Shown: piece by piece, positions 28,211 to 36,511 of the stretch | Layout of the letters: every line of letters starts with the position of its first letter | How positions within the stretch are numbered: the first letter of the stretch is position 1 | Assembly (NCBI GenBank): GCA_964452075.1 | Contig: CAYVKI010000002.1 | Span: 1-51,469, forward strand | DNA: 51,469 bases | Origin: an uncultured Rhizobium sp. | GTDB taxonomy: Bacteria > Pseudomonadota > Alphaproteobacteria > Rickettsiales > UBA1997 | Direction of reading: 5' to 3' | The notes under the pieces: generated by a model | Databases searched by the model: none | Told to the model about the DNA's origin: nothing | What the model saw: the letters and a program-made list of their open reading frames with translations, nothing else | Made by a program: the position numbers and the translations under genes

Positions 28211-29077
28211 ATGCCGAAAAAAACCTTTAATACCGCTTTTTCATTAGTTGAAATGTCGGTAATTTTAATGATAATTTCAGCAATTATTGTTGGGATGATC
28301 AAATCGCAAGCCTTAATCAAAAAGGCTCGTCTCTCCAATTCTCAAACCCTCACAAAAAATTCGTCCATAAAAGACATGAGCGATATTGTTGCTTGGTACG
28401 AACCTTCTCTTGAAACTAGTTTTTTATTTAACGAGCAAAAAGACGGCACCCAAATCAGCGTTTGGCAAGATAGCAATTTGAATGGAGCTTCTAAAAACAA
28501 CGCCGAACAAACCAGTTCTGCAAACAGACCTAAATTTTACACCGAGGTTTTTAACGGATCTATTCCAGCAATCAGATTTGATGGCACAGATGACTTTATG
28601 CCCTTCAACGGCTCTCAATTAATCGGCACTTCTTACACTATTTTTGTAGTTGCTCAAAGAGCTTCAAATTCAAGCCTGCTAATGTTTCTTGGCGGATCTG
28701 ATTCTTCCAGCAACTCTAATTTAAATGTTGGATACGCATCCAATACTTCGGTTAGACATTCGCATTACGGGGCAAATACGAATGATTTTACCGTTGCAGC
28801 TTTTTCTGACCCAAACCCAACGATACATACGTTTTTGTTTAACAAGGCAACTGGGCAAAAATATTGGCAGAATGGCGGCGTCAATCCCGAAGATAGCGAT
28901 GGAAGCTTTACAACTGCAATTTCATCTTATTCTGGCTCAGCGATTGGCAGATATTTAGGAAATTATTTTCGTGGAGATATTGCAGAAATCATCATTTTTA
29001 ACCGCGCCGTCAAAACCGAAGAAAGACAAATGATCGAAACTTATTTGAGCCAGAAATATGGCATTTCTATTTCTTAA
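28211..29077 (+). CDS. prepilin-leader (type IV pilin-like N-terminus) protein with LamG/concanavalin-like C-terminal domain
   Basis: The N-terminus MPKKTFNTA-FSLVEMSVILMIISAIIVGMI resembles the N-methylation motif, with Ala rather than Gly at -1. The C-terminus ...RFDGTDDFM...GDIAEIIIFNRAVKTEERQMIETYLSQKYGI is typical of LamG-jellyroll proteins. Confidence 0.6.
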   Translation: MPKKTFNTAFSLVEMSVILMIISAIIVGMIKSQALIKKARLSNSQTLTKNSSIKDMSDIVAWYEPSLETSFLFNEQKDGTQISVWQDSNLNGASKNNAEQTSSANRPKFYTEVFNGSIPAIRFDGTDDFMPFNGSQLIGTSYTIFVVAQRASNSSLLMFLGGSDSSSNSNLNVGYASNTSVRHSHYGANTNDFTVAAFSDPNPTIHTFLFNKATGQKYWQNGGVNPEDSDGSFTTAISSYSGSAIGRYLGNYFRGDIAEIIIFNRAVKTEERQMIETYLSQKYGISIS

Positions 29078-29095
29078 ATCCTGGTATATTCTTAA

Positions 29096-30142
29096 TTAAT
29101 ATCTCTCAAACATCTTCTGAATTTTTTTTACATCGGAAGTTTTAGTTAAGGCCAAAGAAGCAAGTATTCTCGCCTTTTGCGGGCTTAGATTGTCAGCCAC
29201 AACAAAACCTAATTCATCATCGTTAATTTCAGAATTTGCGATTACCGCTCCAGAACCAGTTCTTGAGCTTCTAACCACAATCACCCCAGATTTAGATGCT
29301 TTTGTTAAAGCCTCTAGAGTTGATTTATTGACGTTTCCATCACCAACGCCAGCAACAATTATTGCTTTAGATCCCGAGGCAACAAGGTAATCAACAACGC
29401 CAGAATCAAAATTATCGTGAGAGTAAATTATGTCAGATTTTGGCAAAGAATTTAACTTCTTAACATTAAATTCGGTTTGTGAAGTGTGAGCGCGAAGCGA
29501 ACTGTAATAAATTTCTACTTTACCATAATTAACATAACCAATTGCCCCAGAGTTTGTGGCATCAAAGGCAGCAACATTGATCGTGCTGGCTTTTGTTACG
29601 TCGCGCGCGGCAAATATTTTGTCCTGCATCATAACCAAAACGCCTTTGTTATAGGCGATTTCAGAACTCGCCAAAGCAACAGCGTTAAAGAGATTTAGCG
29701 ATCCATCGGAACTCAATGAAGTTGAAGGTCGCATTGATCCAACCAAAACCACGGGTTTTTTGCTTTTTACAACCAAGTTTAAAAAATATGCCGTTTCTTC
29801 AATTGAGTCTGTTCCATGAGTGACAACTACGCCATGAACCGATCTTTTTGCTAAAAGATCATTCACTTTTTTAGCAATTTTTAACAAATCGCAATTTCCA
29901 ATATCTTGGCTTGCAACTTGCATTAATTGCTCAGCTTGAACTTCAGCAATCGCATCAAGATTTGGGATGGTTTTTATAACCTGATTAATATCAATTTTTG
30001 CCGCCGCATATTTCGACCCAACAGCTGATTCACCAGCTCCAACAATGGTTCCGCCAGTTGCAACTATGGCTATGTTTTTGGCAAAAGAGTTTTGGTAGAG
30101 AAGAATAAAAAAAGAAATTAGTGCGGCGGTAAGTAGTTTCAT
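29096..30142 (-). CDS. ansB: periplasmic L-asparaginase II
   Basis: A signal peptide is followed by VATGGTIVG, THGTDSIEETAYFL and the downstream type II asparaginase pattern. A GGAGAA Shine-Dalgarno sequence is present. Confidence 0.9.
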   Translation of the reverse strand: MKLLTAALISFFILLYQNSFAKNIAIVATGGTIVGAGESAVGSKYAAAKIDINQVIKTIPNLDAIAEVQAEQLMQVASQDIGNCDLLKIAKKVNDLLAKRSVHGVVVTHGTDSIEETAYFLNLVVKSKKPVVLVGSMRPSTSLSSDGSLNLFNAVALASSEIAYNKGVLVMMQDKIFAARDVTKASTINVAAFDATNSGAIGYVNYGKVEIYYSSLRAHTSQTEFNVKKLNSLPKSDIIYSHDNFDSGVVDYLVASGSKAIIVAGVGDGNVNKSTLEALTKASKSGVIVVRSSRTGSGAVIANSEINDDELGFVVADNLSPQKARILASLALTKTSDVKKIQKMFERY

Positions 30143-30159
30143 GTTTCTCCATTTTTAAA

Positions 30160-30234
30160 TGGTGCTATCGAGTGGAATCGAACCACCGACCTCTTCATTA
30201 CCAATGAAGTGCTCTACCCCTGAGCTACGATAGC
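30160..30234 (-). tRNA. tRNA-Thr (anticodon GGU), CCA encoded
   Basis: The reverse complement folds as GCTATCG-TA-GCTC-AGGGGTA-GAGC-A-CTTCA-TT-GGT-AA-TGAAG-AGGTC-GGTGG-TTCGATT-CCACT-CGATAGC-A-CCA. Confidence 0.92.
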
Positions 30235-30386
30235 AATTTATTGCAAAGATGCAAAGACATTGTCGTAAAGCGAATGACCCGCTATCAATGAGGCGGCGCA
30301 GTTAAAATATTAAATGTTAATTTGTCAAACTAAACAACCTCACGCCTTGCATTGAAGCTTTTTTGCAATACCATTTCTGTTTACAC

Positions 30387-33377
30387 TCACCCTGAGTGAT
30401 CTCCTTTACTTTCAGAACTTCCTTTGTCTTTTTCACCAGAAACTGATTTTCCTCGACTTGCTTTAGATCGCACTTTGTCTTTAAGTTCTTTAATAGCTTT
30501 TTCACCCACCCCTCCTCCAGCTCTTTTAACCGCACCCTTTCCTCGCTCAGCTGATTTTGCAACAAAACTTCCCATCGAATTCATCATTTTTCTGGCATTG
30601 GCTGTGCTTTGTGGCAACTGCGATCCACCAACTAGCCTTGTGGCAATCCCAGAAATCTCATCCATAAACTTATAAAGCAGCAACATAACCAAAGCTCCCT
30701 TAACCATTGTGAGGATTTTCATTTTAATATTGTCGGTGAATATGTTCATAAGAATTGGAATGGTCAGACCAAACATTTCTAAACCCGGTAATTTGCCAAA
30801 ATCATCAAGGCTCATTAGACAAGCAACGCTGTCATTCATTGGGTTTACCAATTTATCGCCTGGTTCGCTACAATCATTAACTTCGTTGTTAGAATTATAA
30901 GGCTTAATAACGCCATTAGAATCTTTACAAACTTTTGAACAATTAATTGCTTTAGAAGGAGCTTCTCCAGAGAAAGTTGCACTACCAATTAAAACTCTGT
31001 CTGTAATTGTAATGAAGAATGCAATGTAAGCAAAAAGTATCATGGGTTGTAAACAATAGCCTATAAGCTCTTTCGTCCATGTTTTGAACATCTCATTAGT
31101 TTTAGCAAAAAGAGCCATTGTGATCATTATTGGCGAAACAAAAACCATAATGATTATCGCCATTGAAGATGCTAAAAATATATGCAACGCTCTAAGTGTT
31201 AAAGCCACAAAACAAAAACCAAAAAACATTGCCGCAATAGCAAAATAAATTGCCGCCGAATTAATTGGTGCAGTCAAAAATGAAGCTAAGATTAGCGAAG
31301 CAATATTTGCCGCTTTAAGCTCTGGACCATAACCAAGATAGCGCATCATTTTGCAATCGAGAGTATCCCACAAAGCTAGATATTCTTTTCCACTTGGATA
31401 TAAACGCCCAGAAGAAATCTCTTCACCATTTGAATTTGTTATCATGCCAAACTGACATCCGTCTCTACGAGATTCGGAATCTTGCGCGCCTATTTTAAAA
31501 ACCATCTGCGAAAATTCTGACGAAGCTCCATAAACACCTTTAAAGAAAAATCCTTGCCACGCGTTGCCCGTTGCAAAGAAAAGCACTAAAGAAATTTTTG
31601 TTAGATACATTAAAATATCTTTCTTTTCACGAATATCAGCCTTCCCCATAAGAAGATTCATGCCGTAAAAGGTAATTGACAAAGTCAAAACCATTTTTAC
31701 CACAAGTCTCAAATTATTTTGCACAACGGTAAAAAAAGATTCTTCTTTAACCGAGTTGCCTTTTTTATAAACAAAACTGCCATTTTCTACGTAGCGTCCA
31801 CTTGGACAATTTCCATCTCTATCTGGATATTCATTTTCATTAAAACATCTGCTGTGACCTGCGGTGTTTTGAAATACATTTTCCAAAGTTTCTCTAACAC
31901 ATTGGGCAATTGGAGCTGAGAAATGTTTTTGGCTATTAAGAATAAATCCGCCACCGTAAGCAGTATGATTTTGCGAATCTCCAACAAAGTTTATGCAGGC
32001 ATCGGAAAAATATGGAGAACCCAAATCGCTGTTATAATGATAATCTTGCAAACTAGTTGTAGTGCAGTGGGTTAAATACTGGCAGTAGTTCATGCATTTA
32101 TTTGCCTTATTATTATAAGTGCAATCCGGATTTCTAATTTCACTTTTTGAAGAACAATTTCCTGCCGCAGCATCATCTTTCGTTATCATCTCCCAACGAC
32201 CATCTCTCAATATTCCATCTTGATAATAATTACAATATTCCGAGCCGCCGCCAATTGTAAAATTGTAAGGACATAAGCTATAAGTTTGAGCACATATTAA
32301 ACGACCGCTATCCATTGTTTTTGCTTCAAAAGTAACGCCGTTTACATCTCCTCCAATATTGCAATGAGTTCCAGCCTTGCAAAAAACTTTCTTGCTGCTG
32401 TTAACGCTGTCTAAAGTATTTGTACTGGAAGCATAATTTATACAAATGTAATTGGCACTTCTTTGCTTGCAGCAGTTATATGCTTTTTGCAACTCAACAA
32501 CTCTATCTTCAGTAATCGACTGACCGGTTAATGGATCAAGATTTCCAGGGACTACATCGTATTTTTTACAGTTAAAATTACCTGGCGCCAAACCTCGCAT
32601 GTAATATTTTTGCACTGGATATTTGCCATCAACTTTTGGCTGAGTTACGTCATAGCAAGGTTCGTGTCCAGCTTGCGGATTATCCGAAACCTCCTCTCCG
32701 CCATAATACCATTCGCGATAAGTCACATTGTCAGCTCCTTCTAAAGTAAGTTTTGCCGTCTCTCCATCTCTTATATATTTCTCAACGGCATCCTTAACTT
32801 GCTGCTTCTTATTTGGAGAGCTAAAATCATATTCTTTAGGATTTGCCGATTCCCACTTAGCGCCACAGATTTCAGTGTTTTTATAAGTATCTTCTGCGAT
32901 TGAATAAAGTTTCCACAAAGTAGCTGTTAAACCGCCATAAGCTGCCGCAGCCGCAGAAACAGCTGCTAAGCAGGATGGGGGGCCTGTTGCTGCTTTTTGG
33001 GTAGCCATAAGAATATCCGCAGCATCCTGCAAGGGCGAAGGATATACGCGTGGAATTGCACTGCCCGAACCGCAAGCTTTATTCATCGTGGTAATCGTGG
33101 CTTTTACCGTTACATAAACATCAAGAAAAAATGCCAAACAGACTGGATTTGATAACACTATATCAAGATCATCTCCTGGATCCGCAACTGGTCGATCATT
33201 TGAAGCAGTAAAAAACTCTAAACCACTTGGAACCCCATTTGAGTTGCAAGTACGATCTCTTCCAACTCCATGAGAAATTCCCTCAGCATATGAAGTTTGC
33301 AAAGCAATCTCAAAAAACGCAGCAGCAACCATCAAAACAATTATTTTTTTTGCTAAATTTTTTAGAAACTTTGCCAA
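30387..33377 (-). CDS. virB6: giant VirB6/TrbL-like T4SS inner-membrane protein with Cys-rich N-terminal domain
   Basis: It lies directly downstream of virB4. It has a signal peptide, a soluble domain of about 540 aa, a polytopic TM block (..VLTLSITFYGMNLLMGK..ISLVLFFATGNAWQGFF.. and about five more helices) and a charged C-terminal tail. Confidence 0.7.
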   Translation of the reverse strand: MAKFLKNLAKKIIVLMVAAAFFEIALQTSYAEGISHGVGRDRTCNSNGVPSGLEFFTASNDRPVADPGDDLDIVLSNPVCLAFFLDVYVTVKATITTMNKACGSGSAIPRVYPSPLQDAADILMATQKAATGPPSCLAAVSAAAAAYGGLTATLWKLYSIAEDTYKNTEICGAKWESANPKEYDFSSPNKKQQVKDAVEKYIRDGETAKLTLEGADNVTYREWYYGGEEVSDNPQAGHEPCYDVTQPKVDGKYPVQKYYMRGLAPGNFNCKKYDVVPGNLDPLTGQSITEDRVVELQKAYNCCKQRSANYICINYASSTNTLDSVNSSKKVFCKAGTHCNIGGDVNGVTFEAKTMDSGRLICAQTYSLCPYNFTIGGGSEYCNYYQDGILRDGRWEMITKDDAAAGNCSSKSEIRNPDCTYNNKANKCMNYCQYLTHCTTTSLQDYHYNSDLGSPYFSDACINFVGDSQNHTAYGGGFILNSQKHFSAPIAQCVRETLENVFQNTAGHSRCFNENEYPDRDGNCPSGRYVENGSFVYKKGNSVKEESFFTVVQNNLRLVVKMVLTLSITFYGMNLLMGKADIREKKDILMYLTKISLVLFFATGNAWQGFFFKGVYGASSEFSQMVFKIGAQDSESRRDGCQFGMITNSNGEEISSGRLYPSGKEYLALWDTLDCKMMRYLGYGPELKAANIASLILASFLTAPINSAAIYFAIAAMFFGFCFVALTLRALHIFLASSMAIIIMVFVSPIMITMALFAKTNEMFKTWTKELIGYCLQPMILFAYIAFFITITDRVLIGSATFSGEAPSKAINCSKVCKDSNGVIKPYNSNNEVNDCSEPGDKLVNPMNDSVACLMSLDDFGKLPGLEMFGLTIPILMNIFTDNIKMKILTMVKGALVMLLLYKFMDEISGIATRLVGGSQLPQSTANARKMMNSMGSFVAKSAERGKGAVKRAGGGVGEKAIKELKDKVRSKASRGKSVSGEKDKGSSESKGDHSG

Positions 33378-33394
33378 GGAAAATGGTAAATTAA

Positions 33395-35782
33395 TTATTT
33401 AGGACGACTGCGTTCATAGTAAATTGGCAGCCAATCATCTGGATCTTCACCAACTTCTTCAATGATTTCGTCTAGTAAAATTATAGTGTCAACGCGAGCC
33501 GAAAGAACACGAATTACATCGTCCATTCCACTCAAATCGATGCGCGCAACAACGCCATCATTATCTTGTTTTACCAAGAAAAATCTGGTCGAAGGATCCG
33601 TAGTTTTAACTAAGGTAAATTCTCGCTCCGACAACATAAAAACTTCACGATAAAGTGATGTTGCCTTTAAGTTTGGCAAGAAAATTTGCGTTGAGGTTTG
33701 CTGAACCAGGGTGTCTGAAATACTACTTTTTGTAGCATCTTCAACCGACTGAGTTGCAAAAACCACAAAAGTATTAAGCTTTCTTAGAACCTTAAGCCAA
33801 TCTTTAATTTTCGGCGCAAAAACTGGATTACCGATTAACGCCCAAGCTTCATCCAGCACGATCATTGTTGGCGAACCATCAAGAGAACTTTGAATGCGGT
33901 GAAAAAGATAAAGCAAAACTGGGCCAATACTGGCTTTATCTTGTAAAATATTGCCCATTTCAATGCCGAAAGAACGCGCCGAAGTGAAATCGATCAGATC
34001 TTCTTCATTATCGAAAAGTTTGGCATGAGAACCAGATGTGTGCCACATCGAAAGCCTACCCGCCAAAGTTCCAGGGCCACCCAAACCCATGAATGGCGCG
34101 ATGTTGCGCAACCTTCTTTGTTCTTTTGGCAATTTATAATTTCCCTTAACAGCTTCATTGATGCGCTCAATCTCATGGGCTGGCAATGGAGCATCTCCAA
34201 CCATTACCAAAGCTTTCATGAAATCGATCAGAAACGCACGATTTTCTGCGGTGTCATCAAGCTGAAATGGATTAAAGCCCGACTTTTTTGCAGCTTCCGG
34301 AATCATGTAACGACCACGGATAGCGCGAATAAAAATTTCTGCGCCGCGATCTTTATCAAAGAAAAATAAACGACCATTGAATTTCTGCGCTTGGGCGCAC
34401 AAAAAGTTTAAAAGAACCGTTTTACCAGAACCAGTCGGACCAATAATCATAGTGTGACCAACATCACGCACGTGAAAACTGAAGAAGTATGGCGTTCCTG
34501 AAACTGTATTTAAAACCGTTACCGCATCTCCCCAATGATTTCTCTTTCTTTTTCCTGACGGATAATTGTGAAAAGAAGCAAAAGCAGCAATGTTGAAGGT
34601 ATTTACCGTGCTGCGCCGCGCCATAAATTCAGAATTTCCAGGAAGCTGCGCCCAATAAGCTGGCTCAAGATTCATTTTTTCACGAACTGCCGTAATACCA
34701 ACGTTAGACAATTCAACAACCGCAATTGACAATGCACTTTCTAAGGCTTTTGGCGATTCCTCAATGCACAAAACCGACATATGATGATCGCCAAACGCAA
34801 ACTCGCCACTCATTGCCGAATCAAGTGCCGAATCAATTTCTTGAATTTGCGAAACCGCCACGTCTTCAGATTGAACCAATCGCCTTTGTTGCAACTGCAT
34901 TGAGCTAATTGCTACCATTCGATTAATGAATGAAAAAGACTGGCTAATAATCATTTCAAACGGCGTCTGCATAAAAACATCAAAGACCCCAGCATGAGTT
35001 GATGGACGATATTCTTTGATAGAAACCATTCCAGCATATTTCACTGTTGTTGGATTATGAACCTCAATTGATTTTGCTCCAAAATATAATCTGCTGATTG
35101 GTAAATGATTAGAAATTTGGTTTAATGGAACATTAATTGGTTGAGAATATCCACAATTACCCAAACGCGAAAGAAACTCTAAAATTTCAGAAGTTATGCC
35201 ATCTTCAGTTTCTGTTAAACCAAGAACCTGCGGACCATAATTGCCAAAACCGTTAAGGATACGCTCCGTCATTTCATCAAGCTCATCATAAGCTTCACGC
35301 ATGTAATTTTCCCAGGCGGTTTTGTCAGCGCGATGCTGCAATTTTTTTGCGATATGCTCCAAAACCGCAACCCCAGAGGTGTCCGCTCCGCGAATTATGG
35401 TCAGATAATGTTCGTTGATAAAACTTTTTGTGTCAGAGTGCTTTTTACCCCATTCTTCATTTACACGAGCTGAGAATTTATCTGGCATATCGCCATCTGG
35501 AAAACCTTTTTCTTTGCGCCTTACCGTATGAAAATAAAGAGAAAAATTACCCGAAGCCATACCTTTCAAAAGGTTGTTGCGCGCCGTTTTTTTCAGGTCG
35601 ATGTCTAGATCGTCAGCCGTTTCAAAAGCAAAACCTTTGATCTTAATAACTCTGATCAATTCTTCTTTGTGAGTAAGAATTGTGTCAGAATTCCAGTGAC
35701 ATTTGTAAGGAATAAAATGCGCCGCAGAGATCTCGCTTTTGGTGATTTTTTCTTTTGCGGGTTTGAGTGTTGAGAGACGCAT
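33395..35782 (-). CDS. virB4: T4SS ATPase VirB4
   Basis: It is 795 aa. The N-terminus AAHFIPYKCHWNSDTILTHKEELIRVIKIKGF, Walker A GPTGSGKT, Walker B MIVLDEAW and the FATQS motif are present. Confidence 0.9.
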   Translation of the reverse strand: MRLSTLKPAKEKITKSEISAAHFIPYKCHWNSDTILTHKEELIRVIKIKGFAFETADDLDIDLKKTARNNLLKGMASGNFSLYFHTVRRKEKGFPDGDMPDKFSARVNEEWGKKHSDTKSFINEHYLTIIRGADTSGVAVLEHIAKKLQHRADKTAWENYMREAYDELDEMTERILNGFGNYGPQVLGLTETEDGITSEILEFLSRLGNCGYSQPINVPLNQISNHLPISRLYFGAKSIEVHNPTTVKYAGMVSIKEYRPSTHAGVFDVFMQTPFEMIISQSFSFINRMVAISSMQLQQRRLVQSEDVAVSQIQEIDSALDSAMSGEFAFGDHHMSVLCIEESPKALESALSIAVVELSNVGITAVREKMNLEPAYWAQLPGNSEFMARRSTVNTFNIAAFASFHNYPSGKRKRNHWGDAVTVLNTVSGTPYFFSFHVRDVGHTMIIGPTGSGKTVLLNFLCAQAQKFNGRLFFFDKDRGAEIFIRAIRGRYMIPEAAKKSGFNPFQLDDTAENRAFLIDFMKALVMVGDAPLPAHEIERINEAVKGNYKLPKEQRRLRNIAPFMGLGGPGTLAGRLSMWHTSGSHAKLFDNEEDLIDFTSARSFGIEMGNILQDKASIGPVLLYLFHRIQSSLDGSPTMIVLDEAWALIGNPVFAPKIKDWLKVLRKLNTFVVFATQSVEDATKSSISDTLVQQTSTQIFLPNLKATSLYREVFMLSEREFTLVKTTDPSTRFFLVKQDNDGVVARIDLSGMDDVIRVLSARVDTIILLDEIIEEVGEDPDDWLPIYYERSRPK

Positions 35783-35977
35783 TCAATGAAAGGTAATTTT
35801 ACAGAAAAAATTTTTTCAGAAAACTATTTTTATATGAAAAAAAGTAAAGGTGAGAGTTTTCTACTTCAGAATTAATTTTTACTTGAGTCTTGCTTCCGCC
35901 TTTCTTAATTTGCGCGAAGATTTACGAACACCGCTCTTCCTTTTAAAAAACAAATTAAACATTTAGAGGCTAACCCC

Positions 35978-36433
35978 ATGTCGATTAACAAAGTAATTCT
36001 CGTTGGCAATGTCGGTCAAGAACCAGAAATTCGCTCAACGCAAGATGGACGAGAAATTGCAAGCTTTTCTATCGCAACTTCTGAAAGCTGGAAAGACAAA
36101 AACTCTGGCGAAAAAAAAGAAAAAACTGAATGGCATCGCATTGTGGTTTTTTCTTCAGGCTTAGTTGGGGTTATTAAAAATTATGTAAAAAAAGGTACAA
36201 AACTTTACATCGAAGGATCACTTCAAACCAGAAAATGGACAGACTCTCAAGGAATTGAAAAATACACCACCGAAATCGTTCTTCAGAATTTCAACTCAAC
36301 TTTGCAAATTCTTGATTCAAGAGATCGCCAGAGCGGAAGTTCCGATTCTTACTCTTCAAATAATTCTTCATCTTCTTCTCGTTCAAACAGAGATGTTTCA
36401 ATTGAAGAACATGACGACGAAATTCCATTCTAG
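35978..36433 (+). CDS. ssb: single-stranded DNA-binding protein
   Basis: MSINKVILVGNVGQEPEIR...TEWHRIVVF is followed by a Ser-rich linker and the acidic tip DDEIPF. Confidence 0.95.
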   Translation: MSINKVILVGNVGQEPEIRSTQDGREIASFSIATSESWKDKNSGEKKEKTEWHRIVVFSSGLVGVIKNYVKKGTKLYIEGSLQTRKWTDSQGIEKYTTEIVLQNFNSTLQILDSRDRQSGSSDSYSSNNSSSSSRSNRDVSIEEHDDEIPF

Positions 36434-36442
36434 TTAAAATTT

Positions 36443-36485
36443 AGCGCATCTGAAAATTAAAAAATTTCCGATGCGCTTTTTGTTT
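36443..36485 (+). terminator. candidate terminator after ssb
   Basis: An 8-bp stem agcgcatc/gatgcgct is followed by a T-run. The 19-nt loop is long. Confidence 0.5.
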
Positions 36486-36511
36486 TTTAAAAACATTTTC
36501 TATTTCCACTC

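Noticed and set aside
30300-30328. Minus-strand TTGACA-N17-TTAACT as a promoter for tRNA-Thr/ansB
   Set aside because: The -35 hexamer is perfect, but the -10 matches TATAAT at only 3 of 6 positions and lacks the critical A2. In AT-rich DNA such matches are frequent, so I did not list it as a feature.
30317-30675. Two short ORFs (30317-30565 minus, 30424-30675 plus) at the virB6 3' end
   Set aside because: They overlap the charged C-terminal tail of the VirB6-like gene in other frames or on the other strand. There is no independent support for them.
35783-35977. Search for a hidden virB3 or small ORF upstream of virB4, and the 14-nt palindrome GAAAAAATTTTTTC (35804-35817) as an operator
   Set aside because: The 195-bp spacer has no ORF long enough for VirB3 (about 95 aa or more). 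The palindrome is pure A6T6, which is expected by chance in AT-rich spacers. I found no alphaproteobacterial GAAC-N7-GAAC / GTTC-N7-GTTC LexA box near ssb.
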